In this document: in pieces, positions 35,273 through 46,587 of the stretch
Numbering within the stretch: the stretch's first letter is position 1
How the letters are laid out: every line of letters starts with the position of its first letter
Assembly (NCBI GenBank): GCA_002269645.1
Contig: NIVC01004270.1
Span: 1 to 52,259, forward strand
Direction of reading: 5' to 3'
From: Macrostomum lignano
Taxonomy: Eukaryota
DNA: 52,259 nucleotides
The notes under the pieces: generated by a model
What the model saw: the letters and a program-made list of their open reading frames with translations, nothing else
Databases searched by the model: none
Told to the model about the DNA's origin: nothing
Made by a program: the position numbers and the translations under genes

Positions 35273-35907
35273 CTGTTGTAATATAACAAAATTAATCTTT
35301 GTATTGAATAATAACTAATTAATTAACAAGCTTTTGCTAGAAGGTACTGCCACGTCATATATGCGCAACACCCACTTGATCTGGTTGGCTGGTGAGGGGC
35401 CCAGCTAAGTTAAGGCACCTTAAACATAGTGGGCCATTCCATATAATTATGGTTGTAACATGACAGACTATTTTTACGTATAAAATGAAATCTAATAATA
35501 GAATATACTAAACCAATATTTTGAATGAAAGATTATTTTGTCAAGAATATGTTTATAAAGTTTCATATAGATACATCATTAGTATAGATGCTATTAAACC
35601 TTGAATGGCACTTATGGTTGTAACAACAGGATTTTTGACATATAGAAACTAAAAGGTAAAAGTCTTATAACATTTTTCATTTTTGATATTTTGCAAAAAT
35701 TTTTTTTTAAATTTGACTAAGAACATCTTTAGAAGTCATACTCTTTTATTAGAATATATAAACTCAAAAAGGCAACAAAGATACAAAAGAAAAGGCAGCC
35801 TTATGGTTGTAACATTATGGTTGCTAATGTTTTTAGCTGATGATACAGGTACTATAATTTTATTTATAGTTTGTTTTAACCTTCTAAAGCTTTCTATTTG
35901 TTTTTAA

Positions 35908-37754
35908 GGCAACCAATCAAAAGGGCGACAGATGAAAAGGGCGACAGTTAAAAGGGCGACAGTTAAAAGGGCGACAGTCAAAAGGGCGACAGGGTATTAG
36001 ACCAAGAACTACTTAAGTGGAAGGACGGGAAACCTCGTTTCTTAGAAAATCTTAGAATCTTAGCAATAACAATTTTTGTGCTGACAATTTGTACTTGCAT
36101 GTTAGAATGGGGTTCTAATATTTAATGTACCCTCATACATTGTACATTGAAACATAGATCAGTAGGGTTTATTTATTTCATTCACTGAAATCACCATACC
36201 ATATAAGTGCTGAGTGTGGTTGCCACGCCTGAATTTAAAAAAGCTGCTCTCTTACAATTACTGTCTTAAGTTTTTTGTTGGCACCAAACTAGGACTGTGA
36301 AATTCTATTTATTGTTGATCTAATGATGTACATTTTTTGGGGGGAATAAGGGGATAGGTAAGGGCCGTGTTGAGCTTGAGTGTATACATGTAGCCATTTG
36401 GTTTAGTTGGGTGCATATATAGCTACATGTAGTTATGCTCGTAGAAAGCTGATGGAAGCAGGCTGTATATTGATTTCTTTAAAATGGATAACTCATGCAT
36501 AGTATGTGAAAATGAGGTCCGCCAACGTCAGCAAGGCTTGAGGCTGCAGTTTGGAGAGCCATCCAAACTGTCTTCCCACAAGCATCTATTCGCGGATGTG
36601 TCTTCCACTACACGCAGGCTGTTTGGCGTCACATTCAGCAGCTAGGCTTGCAGCCAGCATACTGTGACGATGATGGAACTCAGCGATTCTGCCGAAAGCT
36701 GATGGCGCTCCCCTTCCTGCCACCTCAGCATATCGCGATAACATTTTACCGTCTCCGCGTTGAGACTACTCTAACACCTCTCCTGTCTGCCCTGTGCGAC
36801 TATGTCCAAGTGACGTGGATCACCAGCTCCATCTGGAACGTCCATGACATCTCCGTATACAGACAGGTGAAGTTATGAAAAAAATCTGTTATATACCCGG
36901 AAAAATATCATTGCAATCTTGGAGAGAACTTGGAAAAGACAGTACAATGCATGTAAAAAGTACATGTACAAGTAAAGTGCACATGTAGGAGTAAAAGTGC
37001 ACATGGACGTAGAGTACTAATTAAGGTGCATTTTTATGCATATCATGGTGTACACGTATATGTACCTGAAAATGTGTACTTTCCATAGAAAAAAATGAAA
37101 AATCAAACTCGACGGGGTGCGCGCGCCCTGTGCGCCGCCCCTTTTAATCCGCTACTGCTAGGCAGCCAGAAAAAATATATTTTTCTTTACTTCAACAGGC
37201 GGTTAGGACCAACAACAACTTAGAGAGCTGGCATCGCGCTCTAAACTACAGAGCCCAGCGAGGAAATATCCAATTCTACCTGCTCATCAAGCTCCTATTC
37301 AATGAAGCGCGAATGATCCCCGTAGAGGTGCAGCTCCTCTCCCAAGGAGTAATGCGCCGCGTACAGCGCAACAGATACCGAAGTATGCAGGCCCAGTACT
37401 TCAAATACTGGAGAGAATTCAGGCGTGGCAACCGCTCGGCGGATGATCTACTGAAGGCGGTTAGTGAAATAAATGGACCTCACTGAACCACATTTTAACA
37501 TTTAATAGTGTGTCCAATACGTGTCCAGCTTTTATGCAACCCCATTTTAACTGCTCGTACAATTTTAACAACGCATTTTAATAAATACAAGTATGATACA
37601 TGTTTACTGCTTTTAACAAATACTTTTAATGTACGTGGAACTCGTATTTTCAATATAAATACACTGTAACTGTCGCCCTTTTGACTGTCACCCTTTTGAC
37701 TGTCGCCCTTTTAACTGTCGCCCTTTTGATCTGTCGCCCTTTTAACCTGTAGCC
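35908..37754 (+). mobile_element. Mutator/MULE (Phantom-like) element with foldback-type repeated termini, 5'-truncated transposase
   Basis: Five 15-bp AAAAGGGCGACAGTY units at the left end, five inverted units at 37667-37745; ends GGC...GCC; MULE transposase fragment inside. No convincing TSD seen. Confidence 0.8.
36537..37486 (+). pseudogene. MULE transposase C-terminal half with one intron
   Basis: 36537-36866: EAAVWRAIQTVFP.ASIRGCVFHYTQAVWRHIQQLGL...LMALPFLP (CxxH motif). Intron 36867-37198 (GT-AG, phase 0). 37199-37486: RTNNNLESWHRALN. In-frame stop upstream; N-terminal half absent. Confidence 0.8.
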
Positions 37755-40481
37755 GATTTAAAAAGTACATAAACTTAATGATGACTTTTGCTTAGAAAAT
37801 GTCCAATTTTTTACAAAAATAACTTTTTGCCAATTGATAACATACTAATCCAAAATTTTATCATTTATTTATTCATAGATTGTATACATTACATATAAAA
37901 AGATTTGGTAAAAAAATTGGCTGATAAGGCAATGACAAGCAAAAATATAGACTTTTTTCTATTTTCCAAATATGTCTATCTTATATGGAATGGGCCTAGT
38001 ACTAATTAGATGACAAGGCATTTCATTTTTTGTTTGAATTATCTGTTTGAAGGAAAAATATCTGTTGGGAGAATATTTAAAGAGCCTACACATGTGGTAG
38101 TGGCAGAAAGCAATAGGAGATGCAGTGTGGCAAAGCTTTATAATACTTTTACACTTTGTATAGGCCTTTTGAATTCAATCTCACTCAACTGTACTTGAAT
38201 TCCAAGTCCATTTTTTTAATTTTGAGAATTTCTTAAAATGACCTAAAAAAGACCAAGTCTTGAAATTTTGTCTTAGAGATTGAGACTAAGATCAAGATCT
38301 TAGTTAGACTCTAGCTATTAATCTAGTAACTAGATGAAAAATAGCATTGCAATTTGTCTAGTTACCAAACAAATAATAACTACCTTGTTCTTATTTTAAT
38401 TCACTAGTCAATTGCTATATGCTATAAACTATAGAACTAGGCTTGCATGTTGCATCTTATTATTTATCTATTAAAAGTTTTTAGTCAGCCAGCAAACAAA
38501 AAGGTGGCAGAAAAAATCATTGCATACCATACTAGGCTGGCTATTAGGCACTAGTAAAAGTAAAAGTAAACACTAGTAAATACCTAGGCCTAGCCTAGTA
38601 AGCACTGCACAGATAGGCCTAATTTAATAGTTTACAAACCTTGTCTGCAATATCTTCTAGATTATCCAGGAAATCAGTTTTGCCTTTATTGTAAACAGAC
38701 ATTCTTTAAAACTTTAAGATAGGCCTAGCTGGCTCAATGCTAAAATAGCTATTTAGAAGACAATGAAATTAAAAGTAGGCCTAAAAGAAATATGCAAGTT
38801 CTAATTCTAATCCAAAATTTAATAATTTATAGAAAATCGCAACTTTTCCCTTACAAAAGAGCTATCTAGTATATGACTACTTTGTAACTTCTTTACACTT
38901 CGTCAGATAACTGCTTTAGATTCTAACATTAGGCTAGTTATGTGTCGTGGGTGGTGATACGTTAGGGCCTAGTGGGTTAGTAGGTTAGTAGGAAAGAAAA
39001 CGTGACTTACTAAATAAAAATAAATTGAAAATACTCAGTTCTTTTTTAGTTAAAACAAAACGTACACTTTTCAAATAACAGAAAGAAAATAGTAATTGAA
39101 CTTTTTTAATTTTTTTCAATGAAAGTATACATGTATATATACAAATACTTTATCTGATATTTTTAAGGAGGCATCACATCGCGGTTATTCAATTTTTTGC
39201 TACTTTTAATTAGCCTAGCCTTAAGCCAGCTGTTAAGCGCGCAAGCAAGAGTTAACGACTGTTGGCGTTATATTAACAATGCAAATCAATCAGCCGTCTT
39301 TACTAATATGAAATATTAGAAAACATTCAGACGCATATGATTCAGAGTAATTCGATCTATATTACCGTATTACTAAAAGAAAAGTAGTTTTTACTCTTAT
39401 TTATTTTAATATTTTATTGCAATACCATTGTCAGCTGTCAGAATCGAACCCATGCCGATCATCGCCATGGCCATATCTAATTCAAGTTAAAATTGATGCG
39501 TGTATGATTTATAATTTATTGTCCACACACAGATAGACAGAGTTTTGATTTTTATATGTAGAGATGTAATTTAAATGTACTATAAACATAGTACTATAAT
39601 TTTCAGGGGCATAGCCAGGAATTTCCTATTGGGGAAATAATGTGTTATGTGACTGCTGATTTAGTAGAATTTAATATATTTACTCTAGACTATATAATAT
39701 TTTTTACTTTGTATTCTCTAGGTGGTGACTAATAAGAGTATATAATAGCAATATATTCCAGTAGCATTTATAGGCATTGGAACATTTTAAAAAGTTAGTA
39801 GGGAGGTACTATTGATACCCTTTAAAATGGAAAGGCATGCCTCTGCCTTGCCCATAATTTGGAAGACAATATATATGCCAGGATTTCCCAGTGTATAACA
39901 AGGGTCTTATTATTTGTAGTAGGCCTATTAGAGATTTAGGCCTAGTATATTTAGATATATTAGGATATATCCCAGCATACATGATATAGCAGATACATTG
40001 TATTAAATAACAATTTTCTCATATTAATATACAAACCTAGCATACAAGGTCTTGTCATTTCTTCTAGCATTAAACGTGGTGTACACTAATGCACAATCTA
40101 AACTATGGTGCCTTGCCCTCCTCCTATTTGGGTGCCACCAAATTTGTTAACATCTAATTCAGTAACTCTATTGACAAATTCAGCTATTTTAATAGACACT
40201 ATTGATGAATTCAGTTATCTGCTAGGCCCGAGCAATTGCCCAATTTTTTTATTGCATGGATGTACATTTACAAAGTCATATGAAGTCTAAAAAATACTTT
40301 TGTTTTTTTGGTCCAAAGTCAAAGAACTATTGAAGTATGCTCATCTTAACAAATAGTAGGAAATAGACATTGTCAGAGTCAATTTAATTCACCTTAATTC
40401 AATATGGTCATTATATTTAGGAACAACAAACTTGTGCTATCTTAAGCATCAAATTGATATATGATATGTATCATATATAAT

Positions 40482-40772
40482 CATATATGCACAACAGTTG
40501 GCCGAGTCAGTCAATCCGGCCAACTGATTCGGCAGCCAACCAAGAAAGTCGCAAAAATGCCCACCTGAAAAAATGGCCAAGTAGTAGTACTAAGTAGCTG
40601 ACGAGGCATTTTGGCTTAATAGGACAGTCATAGTTACTCCTGCCGTTTATCCAAAGTTGCATTAATTTTGCTTTAGGGTTTTTGTAAGTCACATTTTTGG
40701 CCAAAAACTATGTCGCATTTTTTTTAAACTAAGTCGCATGGCCGACCGAATTTTGGAGGTTGCGCATGTATG
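40482..40772. mobile_element. hAT-type MITE, copy 2 (inverted relative to copy 1)
   Basis: Reverse complement of 26196-26490 with scattered substitutions; 8-bp TSD TATATAAT (40474-40481, 40773-40780). Confidence 0.85.
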
Positions 40773-42169
40773 TATATAATGTAATAATATTAAAATATAT
40801 AATATGATATATATGATATATTGATATATTGATATTTAAATTGGTGTTCATATTGAGTGCCTCCATCAGCTCTATCTCACCACTAGCCTCCATCTCACCA
40901 CTGGCCTCTGTCTTGCCACCGGCCTCTGTCTTGCCACTAGCCTCCATCTTGCCACTGGCCTCCATCAGCTCCATCTTGCCACCGGCACCCAACAGTTTAC
41001 TGGGGCCGTAAGTGGCGATGCGGTTGAAATATAGCAAAAGATGGCTTGGGTCTAAGCCATTAGATTGTACAAAGTTTATGATAGCCTCTTTCTGCATTGG
41101 GTCAACGGCTGACCGGTTGGTGCATTTTTTTACTTTTCATCCTTCCTAGATGCACATCTGAAGCTGCTCCTCAGAAAAGACAGCCTGCAGGATAGTGGTG
41201 AAAATGGCGCCAAGTAGGCACTTTTGTTGCCCTACTTCCTTGGCATTATTGCATTTCTTTATGGCTTTTTCAATTCTGCACATGCTGTCTTCCGTCACTT
41301 TTACAGTGGGGAACTAGTCAACAAGGGCGACATTTTGAAGCAAAGACAGTGGTTTTTTGATAGTGGTGCTGCCGGAACTATCATCCACACAACTGTTAAT
41401 AGCCATGGTGATGCCTAATGACTCCACTTTGGTGGCCATGAAGGAGTCATTGGTTGTAGCTGGAGAGTCTGAGCACAATTCTGTCAGCTTGGCAATCTTG
41501 TTGCAAGCATGCGCATATATTGTATTTGTGTCCTCTAGCATTTTATCCACTGATGAAATGATCCTCACCAAGTTATGGAAGGTACTGCAAGTCTGCCTAT
41601 ACTCCAGGGCAAGCTGGTACAAATCAGCCTTCAGGTTAGATATTTTTCCCTCGACAGTCTGCACCTCTGTGTCATAGTCATGTGAAAGCTGTGACAGCTT
41701 TCTGTCGTGCTTGCCCAATGCCGTCTGAAGCCTCTCCTTTTTTTCTACAATTGCTGTGCATTTCTCTCTTTCTTTTGAAACCTGGCGTCACAAGATTTCA
41801 TTTGCTTCACAAAGGTCAGCAACCTCCCTTCCAAGGTTTTTGCAGCAGACGCAGCTTTCTAGCAAATGTACGGCAAGTGCAGGAGTCAACATGCGGTCTG
41901 CTGCTCTCTGGCCACTGGTCAACATGTTGTGCATGACCTTGTCTGCCTCCTTGGCATCACTGTAGGGGCCGGCCACAGTAGTTGCCAGGTACAGTTTTGT
42001 GTCTGGCTTAATGGATGATTTTTTGATGCATGCAATATGTACCTTGGCACTGATAGCAAGAGGTAGTGGAGCTGGCTGCTGGATATTTACTGCCAGCCGG
42101 ACCTGCAACCGCTTGGCCTCTTTGTGCAAGTGAAACATCAAATGCATCTTCTTTAGGTCCAGAAATGCA

Positions 42170-42510
42170 GGTGAATTAACTTTACTGCCCAATCTAGTCT
42201 CAAACAGGCCAGCCAACTGCTAAAAGATGGGGCCAAAGGCTAGTGCCAACTGTACAAGGTGCTTGCAAACTTGGTGGGCATTGTACGTGATGGCAGCAAC
42301 AGAGTACAGCATGGGGAGGTACTGGAAGAACTGTCGAACTGTTGTGGTCACACACATGAACTCCGTAAATGAGGCTCCTTTGTAGAATAGCCAGAACAGC
42401 ACCGAGGATAGTGCCATAAGGTGCTGGTAGCATATGGGTGGCAGGATCCCTTGCATAGTCATAGGTCCGATGACCAGCAGCCAGTAGGCAAATTCATGCC
42501 CAGTGCCCAT
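42170..42510 (-). pseudogene. Degenerate CMC/CACTA (EnSpm-like) transposase fragment
   Basis: HEFAYWLL...GILP...YQHLMAL...F...L..LY......YNAHQV.KHL..LA..FGPI*...FE resembles the conserved EnSpm-type C-terminal core; premature stop; no termini found. Confidence 0.45.
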
Positions 42511-45500
42511 AGCACCTATCTTAGTGGCTGGATATGGATACCACTATGGGTGGCCATAAGTAGGTGTTGCCGTGCAATGCACAGGCTGGCCTCCAGCAAT
42601 GCAATCGTTTGCTGCATGGCTAGCAATTCTTGCTGCTGGTCTACTGGCATATTTACTTCCTACATTGGCATGAAAGGGTTGAGAGAAGCATTAATTATAT
42701 ATCAGATATACATGTAATCCATTATAAGAATAATTAATTATAAAACTGTACCTGAATAGCCAATTCAGCTTGCACCACTGTGGCATGGCACCTGGCTTCT
42801 AATATGGCATCTTGGTTGGCTGCTTGGTCAGCACCAGCAGCGCTGGCCTTGGACACATCTACAGCGCCAGCCAGATGCAAACTTCACTGTTTTGTGACCA
42901 TGTTGTGGAGCCATTCATTCTCAATTGGCTCAGGGTCTTTCAAAAGCCAAGTCTTTTTTTGGCGCTGGGCCATTGTCAGCTTGGGTTTTATCAATTTTAG
43001 GTAGATTTAAATTTTTTTTATGTGTATCCAATGTTTGTGGTGGCGCCACTTTAGTGCCTGCAGTTGACTTTTTGGACAGCCAGGGAGTCTTGAGCTCCAT
43101 GCAGGCAAGCTGAAACATCCATGAAAGAACTTTTTTATGCAATCTGCTAAAACAACCCATTAATCTTTTAGTATCACCATCATGCCTATATTTTTACGGA
43201 AGCTGTAGCCTCCAAGTTTATACTTCTTTAAAATTACATTACTTCTAATCCTACAGCTTCTAATTATGACTTTCAATGTAATTTTTCAGTGCTCCTTTCA
43301 GAATGTTCTATCCCTATTGAAGCTATATGAATACTTTTTATGGCACGCAGAAGGATGTGCCTATTTTATCGTAATACTCGTAATTATGTCATCAACATTA
43401 TGGGGTTATATAATCATAATTCAAATAACAGTCGAAGACAAGTTACTGTAAGCTGGAATAACGAAATATATTTAATTTATATTACAAACAATATGCATAC
43501 TGTTAAAGCTATAAAGTTCTACGCAAAAAATTTGCAGCCTAATCGCAAAGTTCTAAGCCCTAAATAATTATTTAAGCGTAATTTGAATTAATTAAAATAA
43601 TAAATAATGATATATGGAATTATGAAATATAACTTATCTGCCATGCATATATCTGGATAGTATATTTTCTCTCCTTAAGATATAGTGCACACAACATATT
43701 TGCTTATATAATAGGCCTTCAGTTTTTATAACAATTTCCTAGAAAAAGTTGCATTTCAAAATTGTACTACTGTTGTTATACTATGCAAATATTAAAAAAA
43801 TTTCTTATATGCAAAATATTCTAAATATTCTATGTATTAATACTTTGTTTTAAACACTAGGGAAAATTTTACTATAAAATGGAGTCAGCTAAGAGCCAAA
43901 ATAAATAACTTGGTTCAACCTTGTTCACCTGTTGGCCTTGTTCAACCTTTTCACCTTTTCTTGGCTATTAATCAAGCTTCAAATCAGCCTTGGGCTTGTA
44001 ATCACTCGTGTTACTTATTTCGAGTAAGTAGATAGTGACTTAGGAGTTGCCCCAAGAGTGAGAGTTCAGTCCGTTCTCAGAGAATGAGAAATCCTAGACT
44101 TAGGAGTCTAGTAACCCACCTTTAGAAGGCAGGAATCCTACCACAGGGTAGAGAAATCCAGGCTTAGAGTCTGAGAAACCCGCATCAGGGTAGAAACCCA
44201 GCAAAGTGCGCTGTGACCCTCTGATCCCGGGAACGCCCAGGACTGAGAGAATAATATCTTTAGAGTATAGGAATAGGATAGACAGTGCCATTAGACCACT
44301 CAGGCCAGAAAGTACAATAGAAGTACAGATGCTACCAATAAAAGTACATGCGCTACCAGTAAAAGGCAATTAATAACCAGTAAGATTGTTAAGAAGAAAT
44401 AACCCCTGTAACAACTTGGTGGCAGCGAGTAAGACCAATAAAAGAATAATTAAGAGCCCTGAGACAACTTTTGGTGGCATTTAGTGGGATTAAAAATTGA
44501 TAAAGTAGGAGGTAAAAAGCACTTTTACAGCTTTTGGTGACAGCTTTAAGACATTAGGAGATAGAAAAGTAGCCCTATAACAGCTAGTGACTTAGCAGTA
44601 GAATTTATTAGAGAGAGAACAGCAACCCCTGTAACAACTTTAGTGTCAGCGGTTGAGATTTAAATAGAGAGCCCTGTGACAACTTTTGGTGGCTAATCGG
44701 TGGGATTTTGTATCGTACAGGAACACCCCTGGTACACTTATACAGAGACGGGTGTCTTACGGGGTACAGGCTAGTATATACGAGGTGTATTCAAAAAGTT
44801 CTTTTCGGTGCCCTACAAAACTGAACACAAAACAACTGGAAACATGAAAACACTTTTAGATTGCTTAAAATGATTCTGTCACTCAACATATTCACCACCA
44901 ATGTCTTTGCACTTCTGCCAGCAATTTACTAGGCCTCTGATTCCAGAACTCACACCACTCGCGACCATTTGGCGAACAGCTTGATTGCAAGCAGCTTTGA
45001 TGTGCTCGACGCTGTCGAATCGAATGCCCCAAAGGGGCCTCTTCACAGATGGAAATAAGAAGTCGCATGGCAATAAATCAGGCAAATAGGGTGGATGTTG
45101 GAGCACTTCCCAGCCCCATTTGCTTCCCATCCACGACGTTGTGCTTGCAATGTGCTGGCGCATTGTTGTGCAGCAGGATCACGCCAGATTCCAGCAGATC
45201 AGGGCGCTTCTTTTGTATTGCTAGGCGCAACTTCTCCTGCAGAATCCACTTGTAGTAGTCCCCATTGACAGTGGTTCCTTGTGAGACTGCCCAGTTCAGC
45301 AAGATTCCTTGGGAATCAAAAAACGACGTGCATGATCTTCATCGCGCCCTGCTTCCTGATGGCCTTCTGAGGTCTTGGAAAATGTGCTGGAAGCCATTCG
45401 GCAGACTGGGCCTTTGTCTCAGGATCCCAGCTATAATCCCACGTCTCGTCTCCAGCAACAATTCTTGATAGAAAATCCTCCCCTTCTCGATGGAACCGAC

Positions 45501-45849
45501 GCAGGTGGCTGCTTGAAGCCACAGTTCGCTGCATCTTTTGCTCACCTGTCAGCAGGTGTGGCACCCACTTGCAGAACTTTTTCTGTAGGTGAAGATGCTC
45601 CGTCAGAATGGTATGGACACTTCTTACTGACACACCAACGTCTTCTGCCAACTCTTTGCAAGTCCATCACCAATCATCATCCAGGAGCTCTTGCACTTTC
45701 TTCACAACAGTCTCATTTTTTGCAGTCACGCCAGATCGAAAATGGTCTGGAATGCCAAAGGCCTTTCAGAGCGATCATTGTCCTCAACGCTCTCTCTTCT
45801 CTCAGCGAACAGCCGGTACCATTTTTGAACTGTCTGCTCAGTTGGTGCA

Positions 45850-46049
45850 TGTAGATTTGTTTTAGGGGTAAGAAAAGGCTTGGCCACTGCGCGGCCTTGA
45901 GCGCCAATATATATATTTAGAAATCAATATTTGCGTAGGGTGGAGTTGCGCCTGATAAACAAGAAGCGTGCAAGCTGATTGGCTGCAGAGCGACGGGGGC
46001 AGGCATTGTACACTTGAGGGTCAGAGAGTTAAACGGTGTACGGCCAACA
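45850..46049 (-). repeat. 3' LTR of the Gypsy element
   Basis: Matches 50584-50783 with 5 substitutions in 200 bp (manual comparison). Confidence 0.95.
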
Positions 46050-46269
46050 TCCTTCCCCAAGCGGATAAAAGTTAGGAGATAAGAGCAAATGGGAAGCTAA
46101 GTAAACATTTCGAAGTGGGAATCAGAGGGGAATGGATGTGAGTGAATAGTATGAAATTATACGGATATGAGAGCGAATATTCATTAGGGCATAAACACAA
46201 ATATGAGCATGGATAAGAGTTTAAGCATTAGTTACGATCAAATGAGCATTACTTATGAAAATAGACATG

Positions 46270-46430
46270 AGCATTAGTTTTGAATATAAATACGACATTA
46301 GTTTTGAATATAAATACGACATTAGTTTCGAATATAAATACGAGCATTAGTTTCGAATATAAATACAAGCATTAGTTTCGAATATAAAGCGAGCATTAGT
46401 TTCAAATATAATTACGAGCATTATTTGCGA
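46270..46430. repeat. About 24-25-bp tandem repeat (GAGCATTAGTTTCGAATATAAATAC) in the Gypsy 3' untranslated region
   Basis: 6-7 units between the integrase stop and the PPT. Confidence 0.85.
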
Positions 46431-46587
46431 ATATTTGGCCTTTGAAGCAAAAGCTAAAAGCTATGCAGCTGAAGATTAAAAAATAAAATGAGACCGGCAG
46501 GGACACCCCTTTACCAAAAATGGGAAGCGCTCAGTTTGCTTGTAAAATTTAAAAGATCAATCAGTTTCTTGCAGTCAGTCAATTAGC

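Noticed and set aside
39425-39485. Possible SURF4 first exon or terminal exon of another gene (YGHGDDRHGFDSDS*)
   Set aside because: Does not resemble the SURF4 N-terminus, the phase does not match, and no partner exons were found.
40729-41097. 122-aa ORF with MEASG repeats
   Set aside because: Driven by a short 18-bp repeat, runs into AT-rich sequence and the MITE; no homology evident.
44100-44700. Degenerate repeated motifs (CCCCTGTAACAAC/GAGCCCTG...ACAACTTTTGGTGGC)
   Set aside because: Likely an old TE fragment, but no termini, TSD or coding signal could be defined.
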